A DNA stretch of 52,951 nucleotides from an uncultured Nitrospinaceae bacterium (GCA_964584125.1 CAZOYP010000001.1:1-52951); one strand, 5' to 3'; positions 18,943-27,882 are shown, counted from the stretch's first letter. Notes: generated by a model not told the origin, from the letters alone. Numbers and translations: made by a program.

Positions 18943-20136
18943 ATGGCAATCAGGAACAGGTATTACAATATCGAAGGAACAATAAGGAATGGATTTAAAC
19001 TTAGCGGTGATTATGAAACTCTTGATTTTAGTTTTGTAAAACTGAACGATAGTGGTGTCAAAGCTCTCGTTGGATCTCGATCTATTAAACAATTAAAACG
19101 ATTGACTATAAGTAATAACAAATTAACTCAAGAAAGCGGAACCTCAATTGCTGACTCCCAATGTTTAGAAAACCTTCAGTCGTTAAAATTATATCGAAAT
19201 AAAATAGGAGATGAAGGTATAAAAGCTTTGTCTGGATCAGATAATCTACCTAGTTTGAAGTCGCTACGATTAGCTCATAATGGAATTGGGCCTAATGGTG
19301 CTAAGTTTTTATCTGAATCAAAAAATCTTAAAGGCCTAACATCTCTTGGACTCTCTGAAAACAAACTAGGCGATGAGGGGATTAAATACTTAGCAAGTGC
19401 GGAAAACTTAAAGAAATTAGAAATATTAGATTTACGAAACAATAATATCACCGATGACGGAGCCACTGCATTTTCAAGTTGTACCAATTTCCCAAATATA
19501 CAAAAAGTCGAACTATCAAATAATAAATTAACAGAAGTTGGTGAGAATGCGATGAAAGGATTTCTAATTCTTAATTTAATACAAAAAGGAATTAAAGTTA
19601 CTGAAGAAGGAATGATATGTGATTTAAGTAAACTTGATATTGGTGATCTGGAATGCGAGTTTATTGCTGATTATGAAGGTTTTGACAACTTAAGGCATTT
19701 ATATCTAGAATTAAACAAAATAACGGATGTAGGTTTACAAAAAATAGCGGATTCTAAAAAAATGAAAGGCCTAACACTTCTATCCCTTGACCGAAACAAA
19801 ATAGGCGATAGGGGCGTTGAGTTTATCACTAAATCTGTTTACTTTAATAGAATAACTCACTTAATGATTGAGCATAATGGAGTGACTGATGATGGAATAA
19901 ACTTAATTTCGTCTGCTGAAAACATGAGTTCTTTAGTTAGGTTATATATTGATGGTAATCATCATACTGATGAAGGCTTTAATGCACTTGGTGATTCAGA
20001 ATACTTAAAAAATCTTGAATACCCTGAATTTGATAGAGAAGAGGCAGAAATGGAAGCAATTGAGGAAGAGGAAGAATTTGAAGATATTGAAATCGAAGAT
20101 GTTGAAGAAGAAGAAATTTTAGAAGATGAAGAATAG
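18943..20136 (+). CDS. leucine-rich repeat protein (RI/NLR-like 27-aa repeats) with a poly-Asp/Glu C-terminal tail
   Basis: Eleven repeats of the form LxxLxLxxNxIgDeGxxxL. The tail at 20020-20133 is 24/38 D/E. ATG 18943 is preceded by GGGG; the track start at 18931 is a TTG. Confidence 0.85.
   Translation: MAIRNRYYNIEGTIRNGFKLSGDYETLDFSFVKLNDSGVKALVGSRSIKQLKRLTISNNKLTQESGTSIADSQCLENLQSLKLYRNKIGDEGIKALSGSDNLPSLKSLRLAHNGIGPNGAKFLSESKNLKGLTSLGLSENKLGDEGIKYLASAENLKKLEILDLRNNNITDDGATAFSSCTNFPNIQKVELSNNKLTEVGENAMKGFLILNLIQKGIKVTEEGMICDLSKLDIGDLECEFIADYEGFDNLRHLYLELNKITDVGLQKIADSKKMKGLTLLSLDRNKIGDRGVEFITKSVYFNRITHLMIEHNGVTDDGINLISSAENMSSLVRLYIDGNHHTDEGFNALGDSEYLKNLEYPEFDREEAEMEAIEEEEEFEDIEIEDVEEEEILEDEE
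19015..19566 (+). repeat. tandem 81-nt (27-codon) LRR-coding repeats, block 1 (about 7 units)
   Basis: Periodicity read from the translation, for example LQSLKLYRNKIGDEGIKALSGSDNLPS / LKSLRLAHNGIGPNGAKFLSESKNLKG / LTSLGLSENKLGDEGIKYLASAENLKK. Confidence 0.7.
19690..20013 (+). repeat. tandem 81-nt LRR-coding repeats, block 2 (4 units)
   Basis: LRHLYLELNKITDVGLQKIADSKKMKG / LTLLSLDRNKIGDRGVEFITKSVYFNR / ITHLMIEHNGVTDDGINLISSAENMSS / LVRLYIDGNHHTDEGFNALGDSEYLKN. Confidence 0.7.
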
Positions 20137-20183
20137 AACTTACTATAAGGATTTAATTAGGAGTTATTCTTCAAATATATATC

Positions 20184-20723
20184 CTACCAAGAAGTAGTCC
20201 ACATTTCTTTAGTCGATTTCATTTTGAAAATCTCTGCAATTTTCTGATTAAAAATATCATTGCTAAAACTTTTTGTATACTGATCACCTTTTCCACGAAA
20301 TGGGTTCCAAGACATCACCATTCTCTCTATAAACATCTCGTCAATATCCACCCGTTTTATTTTTTTTATTATATGGGTTGAAGAGTCTACTAGAATAGCA
20401 CCCATCTCATATGAATCTTTTGCATACAAAGCCTCGCAATAACCAGGAGTTTCTGTTTCTTGTTGAGTCGGATTGCAGGGTGCTTCCAATATCCAATCCT
20501 CACTGCCTATGGCAAAAAGTGGAATTGCGGGGAATTCAGACTCAACAAATAATTTTGTCCTCCATTTTCCATCCCATGCATCTATTTGTTTTTGATCTAA
20601 ACTTTCCACATTAGCCATAAACAACATATCACCCGCTGGCGAAAATGAAAGACCTCCACCAGTACCTGCGATTTGTACAGGGCATTCTTTTCCTTCTTCA
20701 AACTGAATCGCAGGTTGCTCCAT
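20184..20723 (-). CDS. hypothetical protein (179 aa, no signal peptide)
   Basis: Uninterrupted ORF. I recognise no family. Confidence 0.5.
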   Translation of the reverse strand: MEQPAIQFEEGKECPVQIAGTGGGLSFSPAGDMLFMANVESLDQKQIDAWDGKWRTKLFVESEFPAIPLFAIGSEDWILEAPCNPTQQETETPGYCEALYAKDSYEMGAILVDSSTHIIKKIKRVDIDEMFIERMVMSWNPFRGKGDQYTKSFSNDIFNQKIAEIFKMKSTKEMWTTSW

Positions 20724-20883
20724 TTTTTTATTTCCCTTTTATATTATTTTAAAAAGTTGTATTTAATTTAACAAATAAGATTATGAATGTGTAATAGAAA
20801 TTGGCATTTAATTAATTAAAAGAACTTGAGAATATAAAATTATTAAGTTAATGTTGTTCGTTAATTTATTCTTTATCAAGAAA

Positions 20884-22275
20884 ATGATAAAAACTACCCT
20901 GATTGCGCATGCTAGCATGCTCATACAGTCTAATAAAACAACTATTCTTACTGACCCTGTTTGGTTTGATTACCTCTGGGAAGATATTAATGTATTATGC
21001 CCAAGTATTGACCTTAGCCTTAAAAAAATCCCACCCATTGATGTTCTTAATATTTCTCACCGTCACCAAGATCACTTTGATGTTCGTACGCTTGCTTATT
21101 TGATACGGAACGAGGCAATTTTAAAGCCAAATACTATTATACTTACTCCGAATGATGATATTCTCATTGATGTATTAAAGGAGCTAAACTATAAAAATAT
21201 TGAAATTGTAGAAGATTTTAAATCTGTTAAAGTTAATGATGTCACGCTTACTCCAACACCTTCTCTAAATGAAGGTGATTATTTTCCTGAACATGGCCTT
21301 CTTGTTAATGATGGTGAGGTTACAATATGGAATCAGGTAGATACAGTTGTTAGTCCCGAAATTATTTCATATATTCATCAACTTTATGGTCGTTTAGATT
21401 TTTCTCACTCGCGTTTTCTGCCCTTATTGGAAGGTAACTTTAATCACCACAAAACTGTGGCAATACCTTTTGATGAATATAGTTCTTTTTTGAAGGTAGC
21501 AGGAGCACTTAAACCGAAATTTATTGTTCCTGGTTCTGCGGCGTTTAGATATCGTGATAAATATGATTTTCTAAACCGTTATTCCTTCCCTACCACGCCC
21601 GAACAATTTTTAGCAGACTTAGAGAACTTTTGCCCGGATATCAAAACAAGCACATTTAATCCTGGAGATATAGCCTATATTTCGAAAGAGGGTGTAAAAA
21701 TAGACAAACAATCGTCTGATTTTGTTCGCGTGCTTGATGATGACAGTGATAAAATTATTTTTAAACCGGTAATGGAAGTAACCCCGATAATATCAACTAC
21801 TAATAATTCAAGTTTGAAAAATAATGATATGAAAGTTGTTGAGGAATATATTGAAGGCATGTACATAGATAAACTAAGCGTATGTGACAAATTAACCGGA
21901 TGGAAACATTGGCAAACCTTATATCAAATAGAAGTATTTGACTCAAGCGGGAATTCCAAATCATGGGATATCGATTTTAGAAATAGTGAATTAAAAGCTT
22001 CCAAAAAAAAATCAAAGAAAATCAATCTTTATGAAGGTATAGCAGCATCTGATTTAATTAAATTAATTAATGGTGACACTTCATGGGATTATGTTGGCCT
22101 AAGTGGAAATTATAGAACTTTTAATAATATATATCGAGTAGGGCTAGGTTCATTTGAACATTATCCACAAGATAGATCTTTTCCTTTACCTTTATTACAA
22201 GTCTTTCCAAGTAACAGAGAAATGGATAAAAAGAAATATATGAAAGATGTATTAAGATGGAAAGATATTGTATAG
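20884..22275 (+). CDS. MBL-fold metallo-hydrolase with an uncharacterised C-terminal domain of about 230 aa
   Basis: The N-terminus (MIKTTLIAHASMLIQSNKTTILTDP ... ISHRHQDHFD) carries the HxHxDH motif. The start could instead be 20851. Confidence 0.7.
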   Translation: MIKTTLIAHASMLIQSNKTTILTDPVWFDYLWEDINVLCPSIDLSLKKIPPIDVLNISHRHQDHFDVRTLAYLIRNEAILKPNTIILTPNDDILIDVLKELNYKNIEIVEDFKSVKVNDVTLTPTPSLNEGDYFPEHGLLVNDGEVTIWNQVDTVVSPEIISYIHQLYGRLDFSHSRFLPLLEGNFNHHKTVAIPFDEYSSFLKVAGALKPKFIVPGSAAFRYRDKYDFLNRYSFPTTPEQFLADLENFCPDIKTSTFNPGDIAYISKEGVKIDKQSSDFVRVLDDDSDKIIFKPVMEVTPIISTTNNSSLKNNDMKVVEEYIEGMYIDKLSVCDKLTGWKHWQTLYQIEVFDSSGNSKSWDIDFRNSELKASKKKSKKINLYEGIAASDLIKLINGDTSWDYVGLSGNYRTFNNIYRVGLGSFEHYPQDRSFPLPLLQVFPSNREMDKKKYMKDVLRWKDIV

Positions 22276-22353
22276 AAATGAACTCCAACTTATTGCTTTT
22301 AAAAATTGCCATATTCTAATGCTTGGAGTAATATCTGGTTTTCTTTTTAGATA

Positions 22354-22430
22354 GGCGGTGTAGCTCAGCTGGTTAGAGCATACGGTTCATATCCGTAGTG
22401 TCCGGGGTTCAAGTCCCTGCACCGCCACCA
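22354..22430 (+). tRNA. tRNA with CAU anticodon (elongator Met, or Ile2 if lysidine-modified), encoded CCA end
   Basis: The cloverleaf folds by hand. Acceptor GGCGGTG/CACCGCC, D stem GCTC/GAGC, anticodon stem TACGG/CCGTA with loop TTCATAT, T arm CGGGG-TTCAAGT-CCCTG. G1-C72 pairs and there are no three G-C pairs in the anticodon stem, so it is not an initiator. Confidence 0.9.
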
Positions 22431-22439
22431 AGTAAACAA

Positions 22440-22473
22440 GGGCCTTCAGTTATTAACTGTTGGCCCTTTTTTA
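22440..22473 (+). terminator. rho-independent terminator after the tRNA
   Basis: GGGCCTTCAGTT-ATT-AACTGTTGGCCC stem (two internal mismatches) followed by TTTTTT. Confidence 0.65.
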
Positions 22474-22532
22474 TTATATTTCTTACGTGATATAACAGTA
22501 ATAATTTATTTTCTAGAAATCATATAAAAAAC

Positions 22533-23609
22533 TTATAAGAATTTAAGAACTGTTTCCCATACATCATTAACAGATATAGCCTCGAGATGATGTGGTTCTA
22601 TTTTGATCTCTTTGCCATTGAAGGAGCTATGGCTAGTTTTTGAATCTATATTAGGTTCTTTTAAAAAGTTTCCACGTAGCACATAACTTAAAGATTTATC
22701 TACATAAAGTGGCCCACAATATTTAGGTCCATTCATTGGATCTATTGAGCCATGTGCGCCGGTTGCTTCTATAAGTCCAATGGTGGGCCATAATGAAATT
22801 GTTGGAACTTTTAAGGCTAATCCAATGTGCATAGGCCCGGAGTCAGGTGTTACTATAATTTTAGCATTACTAATAAGGGCACAGTTCTCTCCAAGAGATC
22901 TATCCTTGGCAAAAGTGACTCTTTCTTGCTTTATCTGATGACTAATAGAATTTATCCGATGGGTATCTTCGGGACCGCCACCAAATATGACAGATAACGA
23001 TGTTTTTTGTAATAATTTTTTTGCCAGAGCTACAAACTGTTCAACAGGCCATTGTTTATGAGGAAGTGATCCGCCAACGTTAAGGTAAATAAATTCCTTA
23101 GGTTTTATATTTCTATTATTTAAATATGACAGGGCATTTTTAAAATTTTTTTTATCAATAAATATATCCATGCTTGTTCCATTTGATGGAACTTGAATTT
23201 TTTTTAACATTTCCATTCGACGAAGTATTCCATGCATAGGTTTGTCTATATAGATTATTTGTTTTTCAGAAATTCCTGGAATAATATCTGGATATTGGTG
23301 GGACCAAACATAAGAATATCTTAATATAGGAAGTACTCGCCTGATATCCTTATTTGCATGAAAAATAAAAACGTGGTCATAGTTAAATCTCAAAAGACTT
23401 GGAATTTTGATTAACTGACGATACCATTGCGGATAATAAAAATATAAATTAGATATATATTTATTTTTATTAAAAAGGGATTGCCATTGGGGTTGAATTA
23501 ATAGATCAATCTGGGAGAGAGGTAATTTTTTTTTTATTGCACGGATTGCTGGCGTACTCCATAAGGTATCACCCATCCCAGTAGTGCTGATTATTAGAAA
23601 TCTTTTCAA
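22533..23609 (-). CDS. glycosyltransferase family 9 (LPS heptosyltransferase-like)
   Basis: N-terminal ISTTGMGDTLWSTPAIRAIKK and C-terminal VTPDSGPMHIGLAL motifs typical of GT9. Confidence 0.8.
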   Translation of the reverse strand: MKRFLIISTTGMGDTLWSTPAIRAIKKKLPLSQIDLLIQPQWQSLFNKNKYISNLYFYYPQWYRQLIKIPSLLRFNYDHVFIFHANKDIRRVLPILRYSYVWSHQYPDIIPGISEKQIIYIDKPMHGILRRMEMLKKIQVPSNGTSMDIFIDKKNFKNALSYLNNRNIKPKEFIYLNVGGSLPHKQWPVEQFVALAKKLLQKTSLSVIFGGGPEDTHRINSISHQIKQERVTFAKDRSLGENCALISNAKIIVTPDSGPMHIGLALKVPTISLWPTIGLIEATGAHGSIDPMNGPKYCGPLYVDKSLSYVLRGNFLKEPNIDSKTSHSSFNGKEIKIEPHHLEAISVNDVWETVLKFL

Positions 23610-23793
23610 TGAAAAATAACCTCTAAATAGTTTGCTGAGTATGCTAAAAAATTAATTTGCGTATATCATAAGTAATTATATTATTTGTAGCTATATTTTA
23701 ATTCTTTAAGTTTCATTGCCAAAAATATTTAGCACTAATAAATACTTAATATGAGTAATACCTCAATTAATCTTAAATTTAAATACGTAAATT

Positions 23794-24987
23794 ATGAATA
23801 CAAAACGAATTATTTATTTTGACTGCTTCTCCGGAATTAGCGGAGATATGATTTTGGGCGCCTTTATTAATTTAGGGGTTGACTTAAAAGATATTAGAGA
23901 AGGTTTGAAATTATTAAATATTAAGGGATATAAGTTTACATCAAGCCAGGTTAAACGAAAAGGGTTTGTTGGTACGAAAGTTAATGTGGTTATAAATAAA
24001 ACACCTCCAAAAAATCTTCATGCACGATCTTTTAATGAAATTAAAGATCTCATTAATCAATCAGATTTACCACATACTGTTAAAAATAATTCTATCAAAA
24101 TTTTTCGTCGTATTGGAGATGTGGAGGCTAAAGTTCATGGAACTAAAATTAATAAAATTCATTTCCATGAAGTAGGTGCTATTGATTCTATTATTGATAT
24201 TGTTGGTTCTTCATTATGTATGCACTTATTAAATACTAAATTTGTAGTATCTTCTCAAGTAAATACAGGGGAAGGTATCGTTAAGTGTGCACATGGAACT
24301 TTGCCGGTTCCAGCTCCAGCAACATTAGAACTATTAAAAGGAATTCCTTCCTTTTCAAGGGGGATCAAAAACGAACTAACTACCCCTACAGGTGCTGCAT
24401 TTATTGGACACTTTGCAAATAAGTTTGGTTCATTACCTGATATGCGTATTTTAAATATTGGATACGGTGCCGGAACAAAAGAAATTAAAGAAATACCTAA
24501 TCTTCTTCGAGTAGTTATTGGTGAAATTAGGGATAATTCTATATATGAATCAATGAAAATGATAGAAACAAATATTGATGATATGAACCCAGAATTTTAT
24601 GATTATGTAATGGATCGATTATTTAGGGCAGGTGCGGTTGATGTGTTTTTTTCATCAGTTAATATGAAAAAAAATCGCCTGGGGATATTACTTTCTATAA
24701 TAGTTTCTAGGGAAAAATTCGATTTAATTATAAGTATTTTATTAGAAGAGACTTCAACTTTTGGTGTGAGATATTATGACATTGATCGTATTGTGTTACC
24801 GAGAAATCAAAAAAAAGTTGCAACATCTTTTGGAAAGATTAGCGTGAAAATAGGGTCTCTTAATAGCTCAAACTTAACAATTTCCCCAGAATATGAGGAT
24901 TGCAAAAAAGCTGCTCTAAAGAATGGAGTACCTGTGAAGAGAGTTTATGAGGAGGCATTGAAAGCTGCGAGGAATTTAGAAAAATAG
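23794..24987 (+). CDS. larC: nickel-pincer cofactor biosynthesis protein LarC (DUF111, Ni insertion)
   Basis: IIYFDCFSGISGDMILGAFINLGVD, HFHEVGAIDSIIDIVG, and a C-terminal domain with TSTFGVRYY. Confidence 0.85.
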   Translation: MNTKRIIYFDCFSGISGDMILGAFINLGVDLKDIREGLKLLNIKGYKFTSSQVKRKGFVGTKVNVVINKTPPKNLHARSFNEIKDLINQSDLPHTVKNNSIKIFRRIGDVEAKVHGTKINKIHFHEVGAIDSIIDIVGSSLCMHLLNTKFVVSSQVNTGEGIVKCAHGTLPVPAPATLELLKGIPSFSRGIKNELTTPTGAAFIGHFANKFGSLPDMRILNIGYGAGTKEIKEIPNLLRVVIGEIRDNSIYESMKMIETNIDDMNPEFYDYVMDRLFRAGAVDVFFSSVNMKKNRLGILLSIIVSREKFDLIISILLEETSTFGVRYYDIDRIVLPRNQKKVATSFGKISVKIGSLNSSNLTISPEYEDCKKAALKNGVPVKRVYEEALKAARNLEK

Positions 24988-24994
24988 TTTGATC

Positions 24995-25270
24995 TTATAG
25001 ACCATGCTTAGATAAATGTTCTTCATAGTGCTTATTATAAAGAATCTCCCACTCATCTGTCCCTTCATGCAGTTTTTTTGAGTAAGACGCGCACACTTTA
25101 CGCGCGTTTTCATCTGCTTGATCTTCAATTTTTAAATATTCGTTCATCACGTGAGTGATTTTAAGACGAACTTCATTTAGTTCTGCCTTGTAATCAAAAT
25201 CCTCTCGTTTTTCAAGGTCATCAATTATTATTTTACTAATATGATTAACTTTTTCCCTGCTGATTCTCAC
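24995..25270 (-). CDS. small conserved protein, DUF507-like (paralogue A)
   Basis: GTG start after AAGG. MRISREKVNHISKIIIDDL...ED...HGL parallels its neighbour. The family assignment is from memory. Confidence 0.55.
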   Translation of the reverse strand: MRISREKVNHISKIIIDDLEKREDFDYKAELNEVRLKITHVMNEYLKIEDQADENARKVCASYSKKLHEGTDEWEILYNKHYEEHLSKHGL

Positions 25271-25282
25271 AGAATAACCTTA

Positions 25283-25564
25283 CTAAAATATTAGCCCTCG
25301 TTCACGAGCAAGTTTAGATTTTACTAATTGAAAAACTCTTCCATAATCCATCATACTACGCTCATATTCCTCTGTTCTTGCATCAAGTAATTGTTTAACC
25401 TCTTCGTTAAGGTGATCTTCCACCATCAGGTCTTCAATAATTATATTATTGATTATAGATTCTAATTTGTCACGGGTACCTTCCCAAATAATAAGATCTT
25501 TACTTATTAAAGTATCAATTATTTTTTTTGAAATTTTTTCTATAAATTCTTTCTTAAGTCTCAT
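25283..25564 (-). CDS. small conserved protein, DUF507-like (paralogue B)
   Basis: MRLKKEFIEKISKKIIDTL...VEDHLNEE...RGL, with the same architecture as paralogue A. Confidence 0.55.
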   Translation of the reverse strand: MRLKKEFIEKISKKIIDTLISKDLIIWEGTRDKLESIINNIIIEDLMVEDHLNEEVKQLLDARTEEYERSMMDYGRVFQLVKSKLARERGLIF

Positions 25565-25883
25565 AATTTTTTTTCAAAATTAGAAATTTTGGTTTGCATG
25601 ATTATTAAATAGTGATTTATAAATTGATTGAATATTAATATTTTTTCCTATTATCTTATATTTGTATTCTCTGATCAATTTATTAATGAATAGATTAAAA
25701 ACGCTTTATATTGACTAATTAAAATGTTTATTGAATTATGAACCGGTTTTAAGTAGTATTACACCAATAAACTCAAATAACTAGCTAGAACTTCAAATTT
25801 TTAGATTCTGCTTGTGTTTTTTTTATTAAAAAGCATCTAAGTATGTCTGCGCGTTTTTTATTTTCAAGGAATATCTAAATACT

Positions 25884-26735
25884 GTGGTTAAAAACGTAAA
25901 TTTTACTGAAAAAATTCCGGTTAGCCATCACCTCATCGAAATTCGTGACCGAATGGTGCTGGTTGGCATTGTAGTTGGTTTATTTTTCGGTTTGTGTTTT
26001 TATTTTATTGATTTTTTGCTTCTATGGTTACAGGATCCTCTTCCATCCAAGTATCGTGACGAGCTTATTTACATAGCTCCTACTGAAGTATTTTTTACCC
26101 ATATGAAGGTTGCTTTTATGGGGTCTATGTTTATTTCAATGCCATTTATTCTTTATCATATTTGGTTTTTTATTGCTCCTGGTTTAAAAGTTAAAGAAAA
26201 AAAAATCACTTCGATGTTTGTTCTTGCTGGAACATTCTTTTTTCTTTTTGGAGGAATATTTTGCTATTTTCTTGTTTTACCACTTGGCTTAAAGTTTTTA
26301 CTTGGGTACGGCTCAAAGTTTTGGACAATGCAGGTGACCATTCAGCTTTATTTTAATTTTGTTGTAAAGCTAATACTAGCCTTTGCGTTTGCTTTCCAAA
26401 CTCCTTTGTTAATGGTTTTACTCACTAAGTTTGGTGTCACAAATACTATTCAAATGAAAATATATCGTAAGTGGGCTTTTCTGGGATGTTTTTTGCTTGC
26501 ATCTGTTTTGACTCCACCTGATATTATTACTCAAGTATTACTTGGGTTCCCATTATATGGTTTGTATGAATTTGGGGTTGTTATTTCAACTTGGTTTGAA
26601 GATCCAAAACAGCGTGACCTGATAAGAAGGCGTATGGAAGCAGAGAAAGAGGCTCGAAAAAGGTCTAAGGAGAAAAAGAAAGCTCCTATACCTAAAAGTA
26701 AAATTGTTGTTAAAAAAGTGGTTCAGGGTGAGTAA
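25884..26735 (+). CDS. tatC: twin-arginine translocase subunit TatC
   Basis: GTG start. HLIEIRDRMV N-terminal motif, six TM segments, FIAPGL and TPPD motifs, and a Lys-rich C-tail. Confidence 0.88.
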   Translation: MVKNVNFTEKIPVSHHLIEIRDRMVLVGIVVGLFFGLCFYFIDFLLLWLQDPLPSKYRDELIYIAPTEVFFTHMKVAFMGSMFISMPFILYHIWFFIAPGLKVKEKKITSMFVLAGTFFFLFGGIFCYFLVLPLGLKFLLGYGSKFWTMQVTIQLYFNFVVKLILAFAFAFQTPLLMVLLTKFGVTNTIQMKIYRKWAFLGCFLLASVLTPPDIITQVLLGFPLYGLYEFGVVISTWFEDPKQRDLIRRRMEAEKEARKRSKEKKKAPIPKSKIVVKKVVQGE

Positions 26736-26749
26736 AAGGTTGAATAAAG

Positions 26750-27436
26750 TTAAAATAAAAATCCAAGAAGAGTTTTTAATCTAGGATAAAAGTGTTTAAT
26801 TACAAGCCCTCCTGCTGCACAGCTAGCATGAAAAATAGTAGGGGCAAAAATTGTTTTAGTTTGATTAAAAAGAAAGCTTGTTAATGATCCTAAAAAAAAG
26901 GCACCTAAGTTTAATTTATATTTAGCAAAGGAATAAATAACTCCTGAAGAATATATTGCAAGAATAGGACTTATTTTTTTTGTGATTGATTGAAATATAA
27001 TTCCTGTAAAAAAAACTTGTTCTATTAAAGGAACTATTATGATTGTAGCTGAATAATCTGATGCCGATTTTATATGGGTGGTACTTTTTATGTTTGGATG
27101 GTCGATGAACAAAGCATTGCTAGATAAGCCTAATAAATCAATACTAAGGTTTATTATATATAAGCTGATTAATACACTCGCACCAGATAAGAAACCCACA
27201 AACAAGTTTTTTTTTAAATACTTTGTAGAAAAACCGAGTACTTTTAAGTTTAATTTGTAAACTGCAATAAAAATAACCACCAAATAGTAGAAGGTATCTA
27301 TGTTTTTTAATGCCCAGGGATTAGTATGAAAGAATATGTTTTTACCTGGAAGAACAAGCAAAAAATAAATAATTAATATGGGAATTGTGACGCGGACTGA
27401 CCAGGAAGAAACAGAATTATTATCAGTACTATGCAA
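26750..27436 (-). CDS. polytopic membrane protein, CPBP (CAAX/Abi)-like with degenerate catalytic motifs
   Basis: PLIEQVFFTGIIFQ stands where EExxxR is expected, SFAKY where FxxxH is expected, and FHASCAAG where HxxxN is expected. About 6-7 TM helices. Confidence 0.4.
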   Translation of the reverse strand: MHSTDNNSVSSWSVRVTIPILIIYFLLVLPGKNIFFHTNPWALKNIDTFYYLVVIFIAVYKLNLKVLGFSTKYLKKNLFVGFLSGASVLISLYIINLSIDLLGLSSNALFIDHPNIKSTTHIKSASDYSATIIIVPLIEQVFFTGIIFQSITKKISPILAIYSSGVIYSFAKYKLNLGAFFLGSLTSFLFNQTKTIFAPTIFHASCAAGGLVIKHFYPRLKTLLGFLF

Positions 27437-27484
27437 TGTGATTTCTCTCTAAATAAAATTAATAACTCCATAGGGGAAACAAAT

Positions 27485-27748
27485 TTATTTAAGTGTTAAT
27501 TTTTCTTTTTTGCCCGACAAATGTGCTTTAGGTTGGCTTACTTTTGTTCCGCTTACATGTTCTTCCATTTTGGTTGGTTCAAGATAACTATTGCCACTTA
27601 TGTGCATTAGCTTTTTCTGTTCTAGTGCTTTATTAATGGATATATCTGAAGAGTTTATTTCATCCCTAATTATATTTGACTGAATATAAAATCCACCAAA
27701 AATTAAGGCTGATAATACGCAGGATTCAATGAAAATATTTTTCCACAT
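27485..27748 (-). CDS. small membrane-anchored hypothetical protein (87 aa)
   Basis: One N-terminal TM helix (CVLSALIFGGFYI) and a polar tail. It lies upstream of, and on the same strand as, the CPBP-like gene. Confidence 0.45.
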   Translation of the reverse strand: MWKNIFIESCVLSALIFGGFYIQSNIIRDEINSSDISINKALEQKKLMHISGNSYLEPTKMEEHVSGTKVSQPKAHLSGKKEKLTLK

Positions 27749-27853
27749 TTTTTGAAGAAATGCTGGTTAGTAAAAAACTTATTATATTATATATATATAT
27801 TATTTTTTTTCATCTCTTTAAACCATTTAATTCCGAATGTAAAATCGGTGTAG

Positions 27854-27882
27854 TTGACAAAAATCAGGTATTTATTTAATAT
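27854..27882 (+). promoter_or_regulatory. sigma70-type promoter for rpiB-glyA-nrdR (TTGACA-N17-TAATAT)
   Basis: Consensus -35 at 27854-27859, an exact 17-nt spacer, and a -10 at 27877-27882. The leader would be about 130 nt. Confidence 0.6.

Noticed and set aside
18148-22532. A possible genomic island next to the tRNA-CAU gene.
   Set aside because: There is no integrase, no visible direct repeat of the tRNA 3' end and no obvious compositional break by eye. The accessory-looking genes lie 5' of the tRNA rather than 3' of it.
27789-27810. An (AT)6 run followed by T8 in the divergent spacer between the small membrane ORF and the rpiB promoter. This could be a contingency repeat.
   Set aside because: It is short, and such tracts are expected by chance in intergenic DNA this AT-rich. 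It does not sit between recognisable -35 and -10 elements.
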